The translations under genes were made by a program, and so were the position numbers. Shown here piece after piece: positions 54,218 through 57,535 of a stretch of DNA of 57,535 bases (position 1 is its first letter; each line of letters starts with the position of its first letter). The notes under the pieces were generated by a model that saw only the letters and a list, made by a program, of their open reading frames with translations, was not told the DNA's origin and did no database searches. Source of the stretch: Bacteroidales bacterium (GTDB lineage: Bacteria > Bacteroidota > Bacteroidia > Bacteroidales > UBA932); the NCBI GenBank assembly GCA_017561765.1, contig JAFZBM010000123.1:1-57535 (forward strand), in the 5' to 3' direction.

Positions 54218-54421
54218 TTAGGAATTGTTTACTGCCTTGAACAGCTTTTTTAGCTCGTGTCCGGGCCATACCTTGCGGCCTGTCGCAATCGTCGATGACT
54301 TAATCAGGCCGTTAACTTCGTACTTGCCAAGGGTGGTACGGCAAATGCCGAGGGCCCGGCAAGCGGCCATCGTGCCGAGCAGGTCGTTGTCTTTGATAGA
54401 TGGCATCGTTGCGGTCATCAT
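54218..54421 (-). CDS. MerR-like HTH protein, possible excisionase
   Basis: ACRALGICRTTLGKY...GLI...GRK. Confidence 0.6.
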   Translation of the reverse strand: MMTATMPSIKDNDLLGTMAACRALGICRTTLGKYEVNGLIKSSTIATGRKVWPGHELKKLFKAVNNS

Positions 54422-54675
54422 AGCTCGCTTCCTCCGTCCGTCAGGATTTGCGGGTTGCCGCCGTTAACTTTGTAGATGCCCCTTTTTGTGAGGATTGCCT
54501 TGACGCCTACGTCGGTAAGGCCGTATTTATCTGCGATACCGCAGATGATTCGGTGCGGCGTAGCCTCTGGATGGGCCTTGTACGCTGTGAGGAAGTCGGA
54601 GCAGATTGCGTCCGACCTCTCTTCTTTCGCCCGCTGCGCGGGCGTTCTCAGTTCGATGTCGCTGGTGTTGTCCAT
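54418..54675 (-). CDS. Small HTH-like protein
   Basis: IADKYGLTDVGVKAILTKRG. Confidence 0.6.
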   Translation of the reverse strand: MDNTSDIELRTPAQRAKEERSDAICSDFLTAYKAHPEATPHRIICGIADKYGLTDVGVKAILTKRGIYKVNGGNPQILTDGGSEL

Positions 54676-54816
54676 ATATTATTTGCTTCTGGTGATTCTG
54701 CAATAACCCCATTCAGGCTTTGTACAAGCCCCCCCCCGTGAGCGCCAAGGGCAAGTGAGGCAGAAGTTTTTACCGTGGTTCATTGTGGTATGATTGTGGG
54801 TTTTGTGGTTGCTAAA

Positions 54817-54851
54817 GAGGGGCGGCAAGCTGGCCCGAAAAGCCGCCCCTC
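54817..54851 (-). terminator. GC-rich hairpin within the early operon
   Basis: GAGGGGCGGC / GCCGCCCCTC 10-bp stem, short U-run on the minus strand. Confidence 0.45.
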
Positions 54852-54881
54852 GCGTTGAAGAAGATGACTGCTTCGGGCCAT

Positions 54882-55019
54882 TCAGCGTTCTTCTCTGTCG
54901 CGATCTGCCCGTTCTTCGCAGGCGCGTTCGTAGGCATCGTAATCTGCTTCTGGGTCGTATCTGTCATCGAAGGCCGGATCCATCGGATGCAGGCCGAAGT
55001 TCTTATTGCGCCATTTCAT
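54882..55019 (-). CDS. 45-aa acidic peptide
   Basis: Hand-translated MKWRNKNFGLHPMDPAFDDRYDPEADYDAYERACEERADRDREER. Confidence 0.5.
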   Translation of the reverse strand: MKWRNKNFGLHPMDPAFDDRYDPEADYDAYERACEERADRDREER

Positions 55020-55093
55020 AAGTCGCGATTATTTCGTTTTGTTTTGCCGGGCGGTACATCGGCAACAGCTGGTCATCGGCGTACCTCGCCCGG

Positions 55094-55300
55094 TTATCTT
55101 CTCTCATTTGCCGGTAATTGCATTTCAGCTCTTCGAGCGCTGTCAGGCTTATTCTTCTCATTTTTCGGCTCTTTCATCGCAAAGAACATTACAAGGCACA
55201 ACAACGCCGTGCCTATATGCCAATAGGCCGCTTTGGCGATAATGCCGTAGATACAGGCCGCAAGCAGGGCAAGCCATACGAATCTGAAAATCGTGTTCAT
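55094..55300 (-). CDS. Small two-TM membrane protein
   Basis: Two hydrophobic segments and a charged tail. Confidence 0.6.
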   Translation of the reverse strand: MNTIFRFVWLALLAACIYGIIAKAAYWHIGTALLCLVMFFAMKEPKNEKNKPDSARRAEMQLPANERR

Positions 55301-55312
55301 CGCAATAGGGTT

Positions 55313-55531
55313 TTACTGGTTTATTATTTCGCCGGTAGGCAGGGCCATACCGCGCACGGTATCGAAAAACTCTGCTGGCAGGTATCGGCTGTAGCCGAGC
55401 AGATAGAGTTCGCACCCGAGTTCTTTTGCCCTTCGTGCCATGATGTTGAGCGCAACGCTTCTGTTGGTAGCATCAACGATCTCGACCTGTTCGCGCTTGC
55501 CGCAGCCGTCAAGCTTGACAATCTGGTACAT
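55313..55531 (-). CDS. Hypothetical protein
   Basis: 72 aa, tightly packed in the operon. Confidence 0.55.
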   Translation of the reverse strand: MYQIVKLDGCGKREQVEIVDATNRSVALNIMARRAKELGCELYLLGYSRYLPAEFFDTVRGMALPTGEIINQ

Positions 55532-55532
55532 A

Positions 55533-55856
55533 CTACGCAGTTTTGAGGTTGGCGACCTTGAAACAGCGAAAAGCCTGCTTCTCTGTGTCGAAATAGACCT
55601 GTACTGTGGGGTCTTTCAGCCGCCGGTCGCCTTTGTCGGGCTGCTTGGGCATCAGGTCTGGGTTGAGTGTCCCGTAGGCTTCGCGCAAAGTGCCATCTAC
55701 CTTTTGATAATAGAACTTCACGATACCTTTGAACATCTCGGCCTTTGTCTTGAATACAAGCCAAGCTTGTTTTAGGGCCTCTGAAAGGCGAAAGCCGTTA
55801 CGCTTGACAAACTGCCAGGCAAGCCGCATGATAGTGCGTAAATCAGTCTTTTTCAT
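55533..55856 (-). CDS. SH3-fold / WYL-like protein (DUF2693-like)
   Basis: AWQFVKRNG..LSEALKQAW and VKFYYQKVDGTLREAYGTL. Confidence 0.7.
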   Translation of the reverse strand: MKKTDLRTIMRLAWQFVKRNGFRLSEALKQAWLVFKTKAEMFKGIVKFYYQKVDGTLREAYGTLNPDLMPKQPDKGDRRLKDPTVQVYFDTEKQAFRCFKVANLKTA

Positions 55857-55877
55857 CTTCTTCTTTATTTATAGGTG

Positions 55878-56111
55878 TTATTCTTCGATGGGTTCAAGCT
55901 TTTTTTCGAGATCTTCGAGTGCAAAGAATACTTTGTACGAATTGCGCAGCATCTTTTTACCTTCTTCGCTCTGATAGGCTTTGTTGACCTCATCAAGCTT
56001 CGAATAAGAAAGAGCATGAAAGCCGCTGGCGTTCTGCTTTATGAGATTCAGCTTGGCAATCATCTGATCATAGTCAGACCTCATTGCATCTAAATAGGTG
56101 TTGGGTGTCAT
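55878..56111 (-). CDS. Hypothetical protein, first gene of the early operon
   Basis: 77 aa downstream of the leftward promoter. Confidence 0.55.
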   Translation of the reverse strand: MTPNTYLDAMRSDYDQMIAKLNLIKQNASGFHALSYSKLDEVNKAYQSEEGKKMLRNSYKVFFALEDLEKKLEPIEE

Positions 56112-56130
56112 CTTCTTCTATTTTTTTTGT

Positions 56131-56216
56131 TATCTTTGTCAAAAGTCGTTTTGAAACTTTTTGCAAATATACGACAATTGTCGTAATAAACAAATTTTTT
56201 TACGACTTTTTTCGTA
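56131..56216. promoter_or_regulatory. Immunity region: promoters and operators
   Basis: Perfect palindrome TACGACAATTGTCGTA (56170-56185), variant at 56201-56216; minus-strand TATATTTG (56164-56171) with TTTG 19 nt upstream; plus-strand TATCTTTG (56131-56138). Confidence 0.7.
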
Positions 56217-56240
56217 TCAACTTTTTTAGGTATCGAAACT

Positions 56241-56642
56241 ATGCAGTCATCAGAAATAAAAAAGCTACTGCTCGACATAAAGACAGAAACCGGGCTTACA
56301 CAAGCCCAGATAGCGGAACAAATCGGTTCCGGGAGGACATACATATCCGACTTGGCTTCCGGGAGGGCATCCATCTCGCCTGAAATGCTCAACAGACTTT
56401 TGGCATTTCTTCCTTCCGACAAAAGTCGTAAGTACCGTAAATCAGAAGACAATCCGGATTCTGGTAATAAGAACTCTCAAGTGATTGAGAACAATTCCGG
56501 CACAGCGATTAATGGGGACAATGCGGTCGTGCATCCCCAGATGGGGTATGTTTCGTTTCAGTGGATGCAAGACCAGATTAACGAGCTGCGGGTCCAGAAC
56601 GGAAAACTCCTGGACATGATTGATCGCCTGACATCCAAATAG
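56241..56642 (+). CDS. CI-like XRE repressor
   Basis: LTQAQIAEQIGSGRTYISDLASG HTH; divergent from the early operon; C-terminal coiled coil. Confidence 0.85.
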   Translation: MQSSEIKKLLLDIKTETGLTQAQIAEQIGSGRTYISDLASGRASISPEMLNRLLAFLPSDKSRKYRKSEDNPDSGNKNSQVIENNSGTAINGDNAVVHPQMGYVSFQWMQDQINELRVQNGKLLDMIDRLTSK

Positions 56643-56675
56643 AGAGGGTTTTTTCAGTACATCCGATAAGCAACT

Positions 56676-57281
56676 ATGAAAAAGACAGCATTCTTTTTGT
56701 TGGCCGCGTTTATCTCCCTCGCGGCGAGTGCCCAGAACCACATTGCCATTCAGGCGCAGGCGCAGTATTTCCCAAAGAGTGATTGGACTACTAATTCCGT
56801 CGAGCTGAACGGCCAATACATCAGGGACATTGGGAAGCTCTTCCACCTCGGAGCCGGCATCGGCATCGGGACGGCGAAGCCTGTGAAATACTGGAGCCAG
56901 TGGAAAGTAGATGGGGTTGAGTTTACGGAAGAATCCCTGTACCTGCCTGTTTTCCTGCGTGCCAAGATAGATTTCGGGGCAAAGCCGTCGCACGCCTTTT
57001 TCGGATTGAAGGCCGGAACGCGAATCTGTTCGGTCGAGGGTTTCGACGGGAAGCCATTCAATCCCTTCGTTGCCAACATCGCTCCGGCGATTGGATATGA
57101 CATCAAGGTTGGAACGCACAAGCTCGGAATTGAGCTAATGTTTGATACTATTCTGGGGAGATACCAGGAGATCAACTATTCGTGGGATGATTTGTTGAAA
57201 AAGTATAGGTACGAGAGTTTTGAGACGAGGGTGGACAACCTCTGGGGTGCCGTTGGACTTGCCGTGACATTTGAGTTTTAG
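56676..57281 (+). CDS. Outer-membrane beta-barrel protein
   Basis: Signal peptide ending AASA, alternating beta strands, C-terminal GLAVTFEF. Confidence 0.8.
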   Translation: MKKTAFFLLAAFISLAASAQNHIAIQAQAQYFPKSDWTTNSVELNGQYIRDIGKLFHLGAGIGIGTAKPVKYWSQWKVDGVEFTEESLYLPVFLRAKIDFGAKPSHAFFGLKAGTRICSVEGFDGKPFNPFVANIAPAIGYDIKVGTHKLGIELMFDTILGRYQEINYSWDDLLKKYRYESFETRVDNLWGAVGLAVTFEF

Positions 57282-57394
57282 GTGATGGTGCAAAAACAAG
57301 TGAAACAACCAAAAACAACAATAGTAATAATCCGAGGGTAAGTCCTTGAAAATGAGAATTGTGTTCCCGTCGGCCCTTTTGGATGGAAAATGTC

Positions 57395-57438
57395 CCTTCT
57401 AAGCTGTGGGTCCCGGGTTCGAATCCCGGCGGAATCAC
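57395..57438 (+). repeat. attR core (3' half of tRNA-Arg)
   Basis: 43/44 identical to 104-147. Confidence 0.95.
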
Positions 57439-57535
57439 AAATCCGTCTCTTCCAATTTGTCGATATAGAGCACGCCGTCGAGGTGGTCGGTTTCGTGCTG
57501 GAAGATCACGGCGGTGAAGCCGGTGATGCGTTCTG
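57435..57535 (-). CDS. def: Host peptide deformylase, 3' end (partial)
   Basis: Hand-translated ...AVIFQHETDHLDGVLYIDKLEETDL*, containing the QHExDHLxG motif. Confidence 0.85.
   Translation of the reverse strand, partial: ERITGFTAVIFQHETDHLDGVLYIDKLEETDL

Larger units (their letters stand above)
104..57438. mobile_element. Temperate prophage (siphovirus-like, about 57.3 kb) carrying a DGR
   Basis: att repeats in a tRNA, tyrosine integrase, terminase/portal/capsid/tail/tape-measure genes, lysis, replication and repressor genes. Confidence 0.95.

Noticed and set aside
57395-57438. Second tRNA-Arg gene
   Set aside because: Only the 3' half is present; it is attR
57435-57535. Functional link between the fMet-like RNA and the flanking host deformylase
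   Set aside because: Adjacency follows from the tRNA-Arg integration site; no further support

Overview
The window is an apparently complete temperate siphovirus-like prophage of about 57.3 kb. The host is a Bacteroidota bacterium, inferred from TAnnTTTG promoters. The prophage is integrated at the 3' half of a tRNA-Arg(TCT): 44-bp attL at 104-147 and attR at 57395-57438, with one mismatch. The 3' end of a host peptide deformylase gene flanks it on the right. Modules from left to right: integrase, lysis, tail/adhesin genes, a diversity-generating retroelement (DGR), tail, head, terminase, a modification/accessory cluster, replication/recombination, and immunity. The main result is that one DGR (Avd-like gene, template repeat TR at 13942-14061, reverse transcriptase) serves two targets. 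The first is the adjacent 2036-aa tail-region protein. The second is a small, apparently cytoplasmic C-type-lectin-fold protein about 37 kb away in the early replication operon, whose variable repeat differs from TR only at adenines and is followed by the identical 27-bp hairpin. Other candidates: an initiator-tRNA-like RNA with an aberrant anticodon loop heading an ASCH / 41-aa peptide / PAPS-reductase-like / ParB-like operon; a stand-alone ComM N-terminal domain; and a type I toxin-antitoxin-like locus after the integrase. All protein family calls come from motif recognition by eye; no searches were run.
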